Notes under the pieces: model-generated
What the model was told of the DNA's origin: nothing
Seen by the model: the letters and a program-made list of their open reading frames with translations, nothing else
Databases searched by the model: none
Source of the DNA: Candidatus Omnitrophota bacterium
Lineage (GTDB): Bacteria; Omnitrophota; Gorgyraeia; Gygaellales; JAHJCI01
Direction of reading: 5' to 3'
Length of the DNA: 64,000 nucleotides
Assembly: GCA_042570305.1 (NCBI GenBank)
Contig: JBHPGP010000001.1
Span: 828 to 64,827, forward strand
Shown: piece by piece, positions 1 to 8,450 of the stretch
How positions within the stretch are numbered: the first letter of the stretch is position 1
Layout of the letters: the number at the start of each line of letters is the position of its first letter
Made by a program: the position numbers and the translations under genes

Positions 1-3000
1 GTATGGCATTTGAACCTGTTTCACCCTGAAATAATCCCCATACTTGCTTTATTTCTCCTGTATCCTTATCTATCTCCTGTATTGGCGCAAAGAACTTTGT
101 CTGAGCTGTGTCTAGCTCTGGATGTCCCGCAAGTAAGGTCTTTTGCCCCTCAATATATGCTTCCTTTGCTTCAGAATCCATTTTGTCTTCTAATGTGAAA
201 TATTCTAATGGAGCGCTAAACAGGCGGGGCTGAGAAAGCTGTTCATAGGTGGCTTTCTCAAGTTCTCCTTGCTGATTAAGAACATATGTTGTCTCTCCCA
301 TTATCCGATTAATTGCGTAATCGCCTACCAACTTCTTTGTTCCCAGCCAACCCGCACCTGCTGAGACGCTGCCTAGGGTAGCTCCGGTCCCCCAAGAGAG
401 AGTGCCCTTCAATAAGGTTTGCCCACGAGAAAGCGTTCCAGTAGGACTTGCTGCTGCTGGCTTTAGTGCAAAACGGCTGTTTATCCCTTTCATCGCTGCA
501 CCCAAAGTAAGAAAACCGCCGGCGCTAAAAGTTAACAGCCCTAGATTAGCTAGAACATTTCCTCCGATTGTGCCTTTTAAGCCATCATGGTGTGCTCCAA
601 AATAGTACATAGTTGCACCTGCGCCCATTACGCCTACACCCATTGCCCCCGCCTTTACCGGATTATCCTGAACAAACCTGCTTACTGCTTTTGCATACCT
701 GTTATTTGTAGCGAACTTAGTAACCGGTCTTAAGGCACTAAATGCTGTATTGAAGAGTACTGCTGAAGATGCAACAGAATCAAAATTATAGGCCAATCTA
801 TTTGCGGATTTGCCCAAAGCACTAAAATCTCCACCGCTGCCTAAAAGAGGCATACCTAAAGCAAAGGCTGTATTAATCGCAAGGAACTTTGGTGTAGTTG
901 CTATGGCCTTACCAACAAAGTTCATTGCCTTACCAACACCAGTGAGATTTCCACCAACCAGCGGAAAACCGCCATGGCCAAACTCACCTACCATAACAAA
1001 CCCATTAGAAGATTGTTTTATATGATGCATCCTGGCATGAGATTGTATTCCCTTGCCAACATCTCTAAAACCTGTTCCTGAACCAATTAAACTACCGAAC
1101 AAATAAGCCCATTCTGCAGGGCTGGCAGGCATTATCCCAGCTGCATCAGGGCTACCAGTGGTTATGTCGCGAAGAAGATTACCTAAAGCAAGAAGTTCTT
1201 GTAATGTCTCGGGGTGAAAAGCATTCAATACTAACCCGGGAGAAGCCAGATAAAATTTGGTTAATCCAAAGGCGTAGGAAGAGGCAACTCCAACCCCAAG
1301 TATACTATTGAATGATTGCAAGACTACGCCTGTTTCTATCTGGTCTAATTTCTTCACCCTTTCTCGCAAAGGAGTAATCCCTAAAACCTGCCTGCCGCCG
1401 GCCGTTGCGATATTATTCGCTAGCGACCTGACAAAAGAAGGCTGGTAGTAATCAAATTCATCTACTTTTCCATCTGCATTAATATCTAAATCCTTGTTAT
1501 CTATTATTCCATCCTGGTTAAAATCTTCAGTAGCCACTGTTGGAGGCTTTATTTTTAATGCGTCATATGCAGCATATGGCGTACTCAGGCTATAGTAAGT
1601 AATAAAGGATGTTTTTAATGGATGCTGCATTAACTTTTGCCCTAATCCTGGGAATGCTTTACCTACTAACCAACCTCCAGCATACCCCATTTTGCTCATA
1701 ATCACGTTGGGCGCCTTATAACCAAACCTAAACAAATTCCACGTAAATTTAGGAGGCGCGACCTTAATCGGCGGCGGGGCTGAGTTGGGTTTAAATGGTG
1801 AACGCATAGCTGTAACGCCGCCAAAAACTGCTCCGATTCCAAAGTGGATTAAATCTCCCTGCCAGCCAAGGTTATACTGTTCGGGCAGGCCGAATGAGGT
1901 TAAGTAGGTGCGGGTTGAGCCTGGATTTTCAGGATCCGGTACATCGAGTAGAGGAGTAAGGCGACCTCCGGCAAGACCAACCGTACCATAAAGAAGCGAG
2001 GAACTTCCCACTTTCGCCAGTGTGCCGGAAGTCCCAGCCAACGCAGAACTAAATCTGGGAATAAACTTGAATCCCGCACCTATCGTAACGGCTAAAGCAG
2101 CTCCTGTCCCAAAATCAACCCCTGCCTGTTTCCAGCTGTAGGGCATACCCCGGAATTGGCTATCCAGGTATCCCCTGCCAACGCCTATAGTACCGCCCGT
2201 ACCTGCCATAGCTGCCCATTTAGCGCCTTGATAAACTACTGGATGAGCGCTGGCAAAAGATGCGAGCCTGCTTGAGTGGACAACTGAATTAAGACCCCTG
2301 CTCACAAGGCCTAGCCCCTTAAAGCCGACTGTCATCAATATGCCCGTCATCATAGACTGCATGGCAATTTGTCCGGACTGCTGAGGGGACAGACCTTGCC
2401 CATTACTCATTGCATTGGCCACAAGCAGGTTCACTCCTGTCAAGCCAACGCCGGTTAACAGTGCCCTTGATGACAGGCTGGCCGTCGTTGTCAATATGCT
2501 TGCAGTCCGGGAGGCTGTAGCAGCGGTTGTTGTACCCATTAACCTTAATGCGCCTGTTGCTCCAGCTCCCACAGCACACGTTCCTACAACCAGCGCTACT
2601 GTAGCAAGGTCTCCATAAGTAAAGTGGTTGGTGCTACTTCCTACCGTTGCTGTTCGCGGGTACTTCATTTCCCAGCTCAATCTTGAGAAAACCGGAATGC
2701 CCTCTCCCCATCCAGGCCTTGATTTCATCATATTATCGCGCAGTTTTTGATACGAGGATTTGGGATATGTATAGCCTCCAACAATAGTTCTGGTCTGCTT
2801 TTCGGAAAGCTTGCCTATCTCTATTCCTTTAATCTCCTCTCCGATAAGGAGGAATCCGCTGACTTCAGTAATCAGCGCGATCTTGGGAATAAATTTCTCT
2901 TCTCCCTTTTCCTGATAATAGATGCCGTCTTCGGATATTCCGGTAACATAGACAAAGTGGTCGGAATTAAGGTGTGCAATAAAAGGAATTAATTTATTGG

Positions 3001-3883
3001 TTGGTTGGTTGATGAGCTGACTGGGCAGCAGCTTAACCGGGTAGAGCTTAAGCCCTAATGACTTGGCTACCTCGCTTAATGCAAAAAAGGATGTTTTAAG
3101 CTTGCCTTTTAATTCCTTAATATTGCCGGTAAGCAGGTCAACCAGTATAACCCGCAGGGCTAATTCTTCTAACGTTATATCTATCTTATTGTACTGCAGA
3201 ATGTTATGTAAAGCATAAACGCCACAGTAATTGTCTATCTGGGTTGATGGTTCCCTTAACCATTTGTAAATCTTCTTAATAAGTGGGTAACTAATATAGA
3301 GGCTGTCTGGGCGTAACATGCTTTTACTTAAATAGAACGGCACTCCTCTTGGCCAATAATCAACAAACTTCCGGCCATGTTTGACAATATCCACTATTGT
3401 CTTTGCCGGTGCCTGGCTTTCGGCAATCTCCTTCTCTGACCTGCCATATGATATGGAAAACTCCAGCAGCCTGATTATGCTATTTAAGGATAATTCCATG
3501 CCCTTCATTACCTGAAGGGATATCTGGTCATAATAAGGGTTTAACCACCACGACGGAATATTCTCATTTGGATCCTGCGTTAAGGCATTAGAGTGATTCG
3601 GCGTCGGGGTATCTACTACCAGATTGGAGGCGATCTCAACCCGCTGCAAGGGTTTCTCAGCCAAGAAATCAAGAGAGCGGCGCACGTTCTCGGCAACAAA
3701 ATTAGCCAGATACCCTGTTTGCCCTGAACCAAGATAATAGCGCGGAGCCCAAAGCACGCTGGGATCATAACCCATTGCCCAGGCTGCCTGTTCAGGGACA
3801 AAAACAATCACCACCAACAAGGCAACTGCCCTTATCCAGCGCTTGAATTTTGACTGAGTTTCTTGTTTAATCTCTTCTTTCAT
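1..3883 (-). CDS. Giant membrane-anchored protein, 3' end outside the window (at least 1294 aa). Has an N-terminal signal-anchor, a papain-like/C39-like cysteine peptidase domain, a long Gly/Ala/Thr-rich hydrophobic region and tandem EF-hand-like Ca-binding loops.
   Basis: Absent from the supplied ORF track because it has no stop codon inside the window. Hand translation from the ATG (complement of 3881-3883) gives MKEEIKQETQSKFKRWIRAVALLVVIVFVPEQAAWAMGYDPS... I checked it codon by codon for 3883->2701 and 1561->1441 without a stop. No minus-strand ORF is listed below 3616, consistent with one open frame to base 1. Motifs: NYCGVYALHN (Cys codon 3224-3226) and NSDHFVYV (His codon 2957-2959). 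Confidence 0.8.
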   Translation of the reverse strand, partial: MKEEIKQETQSKFKRWIRAVALLVVIVFVPEQAAWAMGYDPSVLWAPRYYLGSGQTGYLANFVAENVRRSLDFLAEKPLQRVEIASNLVVDTPTPNHSNALTQDPNENIPSWWLNPYYDQISLQVMKGMELSLNSIIRLLEFSISYGRSEKEIAESQAPAKTIVDIVKHGRKFVDYWPRGVPFYLSKSMLRPDSLYISYPLIKKIYKWLREPSTQIDNYCGVYALHNILQYNKIDITLEELALRVILVDLLTGNIKELKGKLKTSFFALSEVAKSLGLKLYPVKLLPSQLINQPTNKLIPFIAHLNSDHFVYVTGISEDGIYYQEKGEEKFIPKIALITEVSGFLLIGEEIKGIEIGKLSEKQTRTIVGGYTYPKSSYQKLRDNMMKSRPGWGEGIPVFSRLSWEMKYPRTATVGSSTNHFTYGDLATVALVVGTCAVGAGATGALRLMGTTTAATASRTASILTTTASLSSRALLTGVGLTGVNLLVANAMSNGQGLSPQQSGQIAMQSMMTGILMTVGFKGLGLVSRGLNSVVHSSRLASFASAHPVVYQGAKWAAMAGTGGTIGVGRGYLDSQFRGMPYSWKQAGVDFGTGAALAVTIGAGFKFIPRFSSALAGTSGTLAKVGSSSLLYGTVGLAGGRLTPLLDVPDPENPGSTRTYLTSFGLPEQYNLGWQGDLIHFGIGAVFGGVTAMRSPFKPNSAPPPIKVAPPKFTWNLFRFGYKAPNVIMSKMGYAGGWLVGKAFPGLGQKLMQHPLKTSFITYYSLSTPYAAYDALKIKPPTVATEDFNQDGIIDNKDLDINADGKVDEFDYYQPSFVRSLANNIATAGGRQVLGITPLRERVKKLDQIETGVVLQSFNSILGVGVASSYAFGLTKFYLASPGLVLNAFHPETLQELLALGNLLRDITTGSPDAAGIMPASPAEWAYLFGSLIGSGTGFRDVGKGIQSHARMHHIKQSSNGFVMVGEFGHGGFPLVGGNLTGVGKAMNFVGKAIATTPKFLAINTAFALGMPLLGSGGDFSALGKSANRLAYNFDSVASSAVLFNTAFSALRPVTKFATNNRYAKAVSRFVQDNPVKAGAMGVGVMGAGATMYYFGAHHDGLKGTIGGNVLANLGLLTFSAGGFLTLGAAMKGINSRFALKPAAASPTGTLSRGQTLLKGTLSWGTGATLGSVSAGAGWLGTKKLVGDYAINRIMGETTYVLNQQGELEKATYEQLSQPRLFSAPLEYFTLEDKMDSEAKEAYIEGQKTLLAGHPELDTAQTKFFAPIQEIDKDTGEIKQVWGLFQGETGSNAI

Positions 3884-3915
3884 ATCTTATTGCTGCACAA
3901 AAAGTTACATACTCT

Positions 3916-4048
3916 AAAATCTCAGCGGGTTAGTGCTCCCCCGCGGCCTTCGGTAGCCTGGCTTTTTCCGATTCTGCATCGGGAACCCATGGCTTTGCGC
4001 GCCCCTAACTCCTTAGGTGTCAAGGGTTTGCCTTTTCGATGCCGTCAC
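3916..4048 (-). promoter_or_regulatory. Candidate c-di-GMP-I (GEMM-I)-like riboswitch in the 5' leader of the giant-protein gene
   Basis: The minus-strand RNA reads ...AAAAGGCAAACC-CUUGACACCUAAGGAGUUAGGGG-CGCGCAAAGCCAUGGG...GCCGCGGGGGAGCAC... GGCAAACC (4025-4032) and GCGCAAAGCC (3991-4000) flank a hairpin. From memory, these resemble the GEMM-I core (GGCAAACC...GGGACGCAAAGCC). The element ends in a GCGGG/CCCGC hairpin followed by GAUUUU. It lies in the 210-nt TadC-to-giant-ORF spacer. Confidence 0.5.
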
Positions 4049-4093
4049 AAAACAACACACTTCTTAAAAAACAATATCTATCTACAGAACGCG

Positions 4094-4957
4094 TTAAAAC
4101 TTAAGGAATCCGCCACGCGTAAACTGAATTAATATTGGCCCGGCCACAACTATCATAACCACCGGCAAAATAAATAACAGCAAAGGCGCTAAAAGTTTTA
4201 TCGGCGCCTTTAATGCCATTTCCTCGCCTTTTTGAAACCGGCGCATTCTTATCTCTTCTGACTGCATCTTTAATGTTTCTCCAATTGGAGTTCCCATACG
4301 GTCTGCCTGCAGCAGGGTGCGCACAAAAGAAATCATCTCCGGGCTGTTTATCCGGTTGGCCAAATTCTTTAATGAGTCGCGGCGGGAGCCTCCCATCTTT
4401 ATCTCGTGAATCAAAACCTTAAGCTCATCAACCAGGACGCAGGAACGGAACCCCTCAACCACGCGATTGACTGCCATCATAAAATCTAACCCGGCTCCTA
4501 CGCAAATATTTAAGAGGTCGATAATGTGCGGCAAGTCCTTTAAAACCGCAGCCTGCCTTTTCTTTATTTTACTGTTAATCCACAGGTCCGGGACAAAGTA
4601 GCCAACGCACAAAGCCAAAATGAGCATAAGCGGTTCTGGACGGAATATAATGAATACCACAAAAGGCACAGATGCCATCGCCGAAAATTTAATCGCCAGG
4701 AATTGAGCAGCCTTCATCGGCCTGCCTGCGGAGACCAACTTTCTCCTCAAGTTCTCCATAGGAATATGGACTCTTTCCAGTAAGCGTTCAGTAATCTGCG
4801 TAGGAAAACTCAAGATGCTCCTGAATCCAGATGCAGAATGCGCATCTTTAATCTCTTCCGGCAGGTGCAATCCGCCAGCCAGGCTGCGGGAGGAGAACTG
4901 ATAAGCCAGCAACCCGATACTGGAAAAGAGAAATGCGGAAATAAGCAATAGTTCCAT
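4094..4957 (-). CDS. tadC: Tad pilus inner-membrane platform protein TadC (T2SS F-family domain)
   Basis: 287 aa with TM segments and a T2SSF-type core (GLDFMMAVNRV...MGGSRRDSLKNLANR...LLQADRMGTPIGETL...). Directly follows tadB. Confidence 0.85.
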   Translation of the reverse strand: MELLLISAFLFSSIGLLAYQFSSRSLAGGLHLPEEIKDAHSASGFRSILSFPTQITERLLERVHIPMENLRRKLVSAGRPMKAAQFLAIKFSAMASVPFVVFIIFRPEPLMLILALCVGYFVPDLWINSKIKKRQAAVLKDLPHIIDLLNICVGAGLDFMMAVNRVVEGFRSCVLVDELKVLIHEIKMGGSRRDSLKNLANRINSPEMISFVRTLLQADRMGTPIGETLKMQSEEIRMRRFQKGEEMALKAPIKLLAPLLLFILPVVMIVVAGPILIQFTRGGFLKF

Positions 4958-4959
4958 AT

Positions 4960-5811
4960 TTACACCTCAACCCGGCTTAGTTTCTTGATTAAGATTACTC
5001 CGATTATTTCCGAAGCAACTGCCCACATCAGCAAGCCTTGTCCGAGTTTATCCTGCAGCATTATCTTAAAATTTTCCGGATTAACAAAATAGATAAAAAT
5101 TCCGAAGGCAATGGGCAATAAGCCCATAATTACTCCCTGCAGCCTGCCCTGGACTGTCAATGCTTTTACCCGGTCTTCCAGCTTCTTTTTCTCTCTTATG
5201 GTGGACACCAACTGGCTAAATATCTCGGTCAGGTTTCCTCCCGTCTCCCGGGAAATTCCGATAGCAGTGGTGATTAAATCCAGGTCATCCACAGGCATGC
5301 GTTTCTTAAGATGGGCCAGGCACTCCTCCAGGGCCACTCCCATTTGATTCTCTCTCATTACCAGGGAGAACTCATCGCTAATCGGTGGCGGCAATTCCTC
5401 TGCCAGCACCTCAAAGGACTGGTTTAAACTCATGCCTGCCTTAAGCGAACTGGAAAGAAGCATCAGCCCGTCAACCAGCTGGCTGCTGAATTGATTTCGC
5501 CTGCGCCCAGAAATAGTCCTGATGATTGTCGGCGGTGCGGCCAAACCAAGAAGCAATCCCGCAATAAAACCAATGGGATTGCGCATAAGAATCAGCCCGA
5601 GCAATCCCAGGCTTAATGGTACAATCATAAATATTTGAAATAGCTTGCGTTTCTCCGTGAAGATAAACATCCTGTCCAGCTGTTTGGTTACCTCGTGCAT
5701 GCGTATTTCTTGAATCTGAGAATAACGCTTCAGCAAAAGCGGAATTAGCTTAAAGGCTAAAAATACAACCGAGGCAAAGGTTAATAGAAAAATAATGCTT
5801 TTTAATACCAT
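4960..5811 (-). CDS. tadB: Tad pilus inner-membrane platform protein TadB (T2SS F-family domain)
   Basis: 283 aa. T2SSF-like core (LKAGMSLNQSFEVLAEE...AIGISRETGGNLTEIFSQL) with TM helices at both ends. Confidence 0.85.
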   Translation of the reverse strand: MVLKSIIFLLTFASVVFLAFKLIPLLLKRYSQIQEIRMHEVTKQLDRMFIFTEKRKLFQIFMIVPLSLGLLGLILMRNPIGFIAGLLLGLAAPPTIIRTISGRRRNQFSSQLVDGLMLLSSSLKAGMSLNQSFEVLAEELPPPISDEFSLVMRENQMGVALEECLAHLKKRMPVDDLDLITTAIGISRETGGNLTEIFSQLVSTIREKKKLEDRVKALTVQGRLQGVIMGLLPIAFGIFIYFVNPENFKIMLQDKLGQGLLMWAVASEIIGVILIKKLSRVEV

Positions 5812-6014
5812 TATCTCTCCCAGACTAAAGGTTTATCACCACGGGGCAGCTCGTATTGCCGGCCAAAACCAAAGACATCGGCTGATTGGCGCCAACGGCT
5901 ACATACTGCCCGTTTAATATATATCTGGATTCCCAATAACATAGCAATAACTACTGCTAACAACACAGTATATTCAATAAACGAAATCGCTTTTAAGTGT
6001 TTGCTTTTCATCAT
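5811..6014 (-). CDS. Flp-like pilin/pseudopilin (divergent, A instead of G before the xxxxEY motif)
   Basis: 67 aa. N-terminus MMKSKHLKAISFIEYTVLLAVVIAMLLGIQIYIKRAV shares the IEY + hydrophobic helix + Q.YIKR motif with the upstream pilin array. Confidence 0.6.
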   Translation of the reverse strand: MMKSKHLKAISFIEYTVLLAVVIAMLLGIQIYIKRAVCSRWRQSADVFGFGRQYELPRGDKPLVWER

Positions 6015-6015
6015 C

Positions 6016-8196
6016 TTACCTGTGCCTTTTCTTTATATAAATATCCTTGGTCCTTTTAGCAGCTTCGCCAGGAAGCTCATCGGGTTTATAAGTATACCCC
6101 GGCCCGTAATGAAAGGTTGCCTTGGCAACTATCCCGTGGTTCATGGCCAAATTCACCAATCTGGCCCTTGGCGTATTCGGGTCAGAAGGGTTGCCATACG
6201 CAAGTAATTGCTCCAGCGTTGTTGCGTCTCCGTTATTAAGAAAAGCCATGAATCTGTCGGCAGTAGGCCGCAACAGGTTTGTTACATCTGCGTTTTCAGC
6301 AAGCGCCGCATTACGGCGGAATCTGAATCTCCAGAAATTACTCAACGGGCCACGCTTGGCTAAATCCTCATCATAGCGGGCAACTGTAAGGTCAAATTCC
6401 TCCTCTGCCCATTCTATCCTCTGACAAATCCTGAATCCCCAGTTACGGCGCTTCACTGTAAGATAGGGCAATTTAAAATCTTGCGGCACATCTAATCTAA
6501 CATAAACCATATGCGCGGGGCTTTCTTTCTGTACTGTATTGCTAAACTCGTCCAAAACTACATCCTTCCAAACATAAATAGCCTCGTGAACCCATGGCTC
6601 GTCTTTCCTGCTTGCTGCCTCAAGGGCTACCTCGTTAATCCTTGTGCGAAGGCTCTCAATACTTTCTTGCATTAGTTGAAGGCGCGCGATAAAGGGCGGA
6701 ATGATAGTATTGCGATTACTATCATTGTTACAACCACAGTTATAATAGTTATCGCAAGCTGCCGATGCACAGATGCCGCCACCGGAACAATACCGCCCCA
6801 TGGCGCAATTCTGAATATAGAGAGGGCAAGCGCTGCTGCAACATCCCCTTACACCGCCGGTAGGGGTATTGCAGCTATTCTCAACCAAACAACTCGATGA
6901 ACAAAGCTGACAACAGCCCCTGCCGCCGCCGCAGCCAGCGTAAGCATCACACACGCACCACCATGAATATTCATCGTATTCCACGTGCCCGGCGCAACAA
7001 CCTCCGCCGCCCGGACCGCATGTCCAGGGGCCGGGAGACGAACAGCTGTTTACGCATGCAAGTATCTCGTTTTGCCTTTGCGCTAATTGAGCAATCCAGC
7101 CTTGCAACATTGCTTCCCACTCCAGCATATGGTCATACCAATCCTTGAAGTCATCGGTCGGCGCTTTCAGATCATCAAACTGATTCATCCAAGTCTCAAA
7201 ACTGCCAACGAGATCTTCCTTGCTGGTATTATAAATACCCTTGGCAAATATCTCAAAAAGTCTTATGTCTCTGTAAAACTGGCCCAGTTCGTCATTCTCG
7301 TAGTCGCCATTATCCGGGTCCGCAGGATCAAAGAAAGTCAAATCTTTTGTGTAATCATCCGCAAACTCAACTCCGTAGCCATGGCTCCATAACCGCACAA
7401 TAAAGGATTTAAATTCGCCTGCCAGCCAATCAGTTATTCTCCAGTTTCCATTTACCAACAAATGAACGCTATGAGCATCCCCGGTCTGGGGAACCGGCAC
7501 AATATGAAATTGAGGGCTGCCAAATAGGTATTCATAAAAATCGTCAACGAGGTCTCCTATGCGCGGCAATGAATCCAGTCTCTGGAAATACCAGTGGTTA
7601 AACCGGGAAATCTTATCTAATGTGCCGGGGAATTTATTTCCGTCTCTGTCCGCATCAAATCTATCCGGCACCAAGTCCTGGTCAGTGACCGTAGCAAAAA
7701 GCGCAAATTGAATTGCTGCCTCTGTAAGCCTCTGTTCGGTAGACATATTCTGAAATTTCTCTTTCAATGCCTGAACCAGCTGGGGGTCAATATGGGCTGC
7801 GCTAATACCTTCGGAGACTAAAAACCCGCCCGTAGCCCCTCCCATGACCAGTCCGAGTGCCACCTGGGCAATCAATGGTCCGGTAATTGCGCTTGCGGTA
7901 GCAAGGGTACAAATTGTTACTACGATTGAGGCAATAATTATTAAACATCCTATAATCAATGACCAATTAAACTCGCAAGATTCAATACTATCGCCCCACA
8001 TTTCCATCTGCTGCTTTATCCCTGTAGCCATACTGCCCAGCCCCGAGGCAAGCAAAAGACCTGCTCCGTCACAGGCATTATCAATGGCTGTCTTTTTCTG
8101 GGCTATCTGACCTATATTTATAGTAACCACAATAAACAGGAATATGGCTGCGATGGCTAAAGTGATTATAGTCGCAATCTGCGCCCTTTTTGCCAT
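6016..8196 (-). CDS. TadG-like pilus-associated protein with an internal Cys-rich module
   Basis: 726 aa. The N-terminus (AQIATIITLAIAAIFLFIVVTINIGQIAQKKTAIDNACDGAGLLLAS) resembles the TadE/G-like 'Tad' N-terminal domain. 22 Cys occur within 109 residues, encoded at 6730-7056. Confidence 0.65.
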   Translation of the reverse strand: MAKRAQIATIITLAIAAIFLFIVVTINIGQIAQKKTAIDNACDGAGLLLASGLGSMATGIKQQMEMWGDSIESCEFNWSLIIGCLIIIASIVVTICTLATASAITGPLIAQVALGLVMGGATGGFLVSEGISAAHIDPQLVQALKEKFQNMSTEQRLTEAAIQFALFATVTDQDLVPDRFDADRDGNKFPGTLDKISRFNHWYFQRLDSLPRIGDLVDDFYEYLFGSPQFHIVPVPQTGDAHSVHLLVNGNWRITDWLAGEFKSFIVRLWSHGYGVEFADDYTKDLTFFDPADPDNGDYENDELGQFYRDIRLFEIFAKGIYNTSKEDLVGSFETWMNQFDDLKAPTDDFKDWYDHMLEWEAMLQGWIAQLAQRQNEILACVNSCSSPGPWTCGPGGGGCCAGHVEYDEYSWWCVCDAYAGCGGGRGCCQLCSSSCLVENSCNTPTGGVRGCCSSACPLYIQNCAMGRYCSGGGICASAACDNYYNCGCNNDSNRNTIIPPFIARLQLMQESIESLRTRINEVALEAASRKDEPWVHEAIYVWKDVVLDEFSNTVQKESPAHMVYVRLDVPQDFKLPYLTVKRRNWGFRICQRIEWAEEEFDLTVARYDEDLAKRGPLSNFWRFRFRRNAALAENADVTNLLRPTADRFMAFLNNGDATTLEQLLAYGNPSDPNTPRARLVNLAMNHGIVAKATFHYGPGYTYKPDELPGEAAKRTKDIYIKKRHR

Positions 8197-8450
8197 TATT
8201 CATATCCTCCTTGATGGAAAACATTCAAATCAGGCTGGCGTCTATAACAACTACCGTCTTTGCAATAGAAATTTGATTTACCCGGGTCGTTTTTGCTGGT
8301 TGCAACCTCACGGGTGTCTTCGTACGCCATTTGGCGCTTCACTATATTATGATTAATCCAGACAAACAGGTTGCAGGTCAAGATAAGGAATAATATCGTG
8401 CAAACAAACGCAACGCTAAACTCAATGCTTGCCTGGGCCCTGGAGTTCAT
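8196..8450 (-). CDS. TadE-like minor pilin
   Basis: MNSRAQASIEFSVAFVCTILFLILT... is a TadE-type N-terminus. The ATG at 8448-8450 overlaps the upstream stop (ATGA), so I prefer it to the track start at 8465. Confidence 0.6.
   Translation of the reverse strand: MNSRAQASIEFSVAFVCTILFLILTCNLFVWINHNIVKRQMAYEDTREVATSKNDPGKSNFYCKDGSCYRRQPDLNVFHQGGYE

Noticed and set aside
1451-1525. Calling the DFNQDGIIDNKD / DINADGKVDEFD pair a dockerin module
   Set aside because: The two Ca-binding loops are directly adjacent and lack the helices and spacing of a type I dockerin. They are reported only as EF-hand-like loops.
402-2992. Several 60-80-aa plus-strand ORFs (402-605, 810-1025, 2415-2618, 2747-2992)
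   Set aside because: They are shadow ORFs on the strand opposite the continuous giant minus-strand reading frame.
3863-4132. 89-aa plus-strand ORF in the tadC / giant-ORF spacer
   Set aside because: It lies antisense to the riboswitch-like leader and to the tadC 3' end. It has no SD and an odd composition. The spacer is better explained as a minus-strand regulatory RNA.
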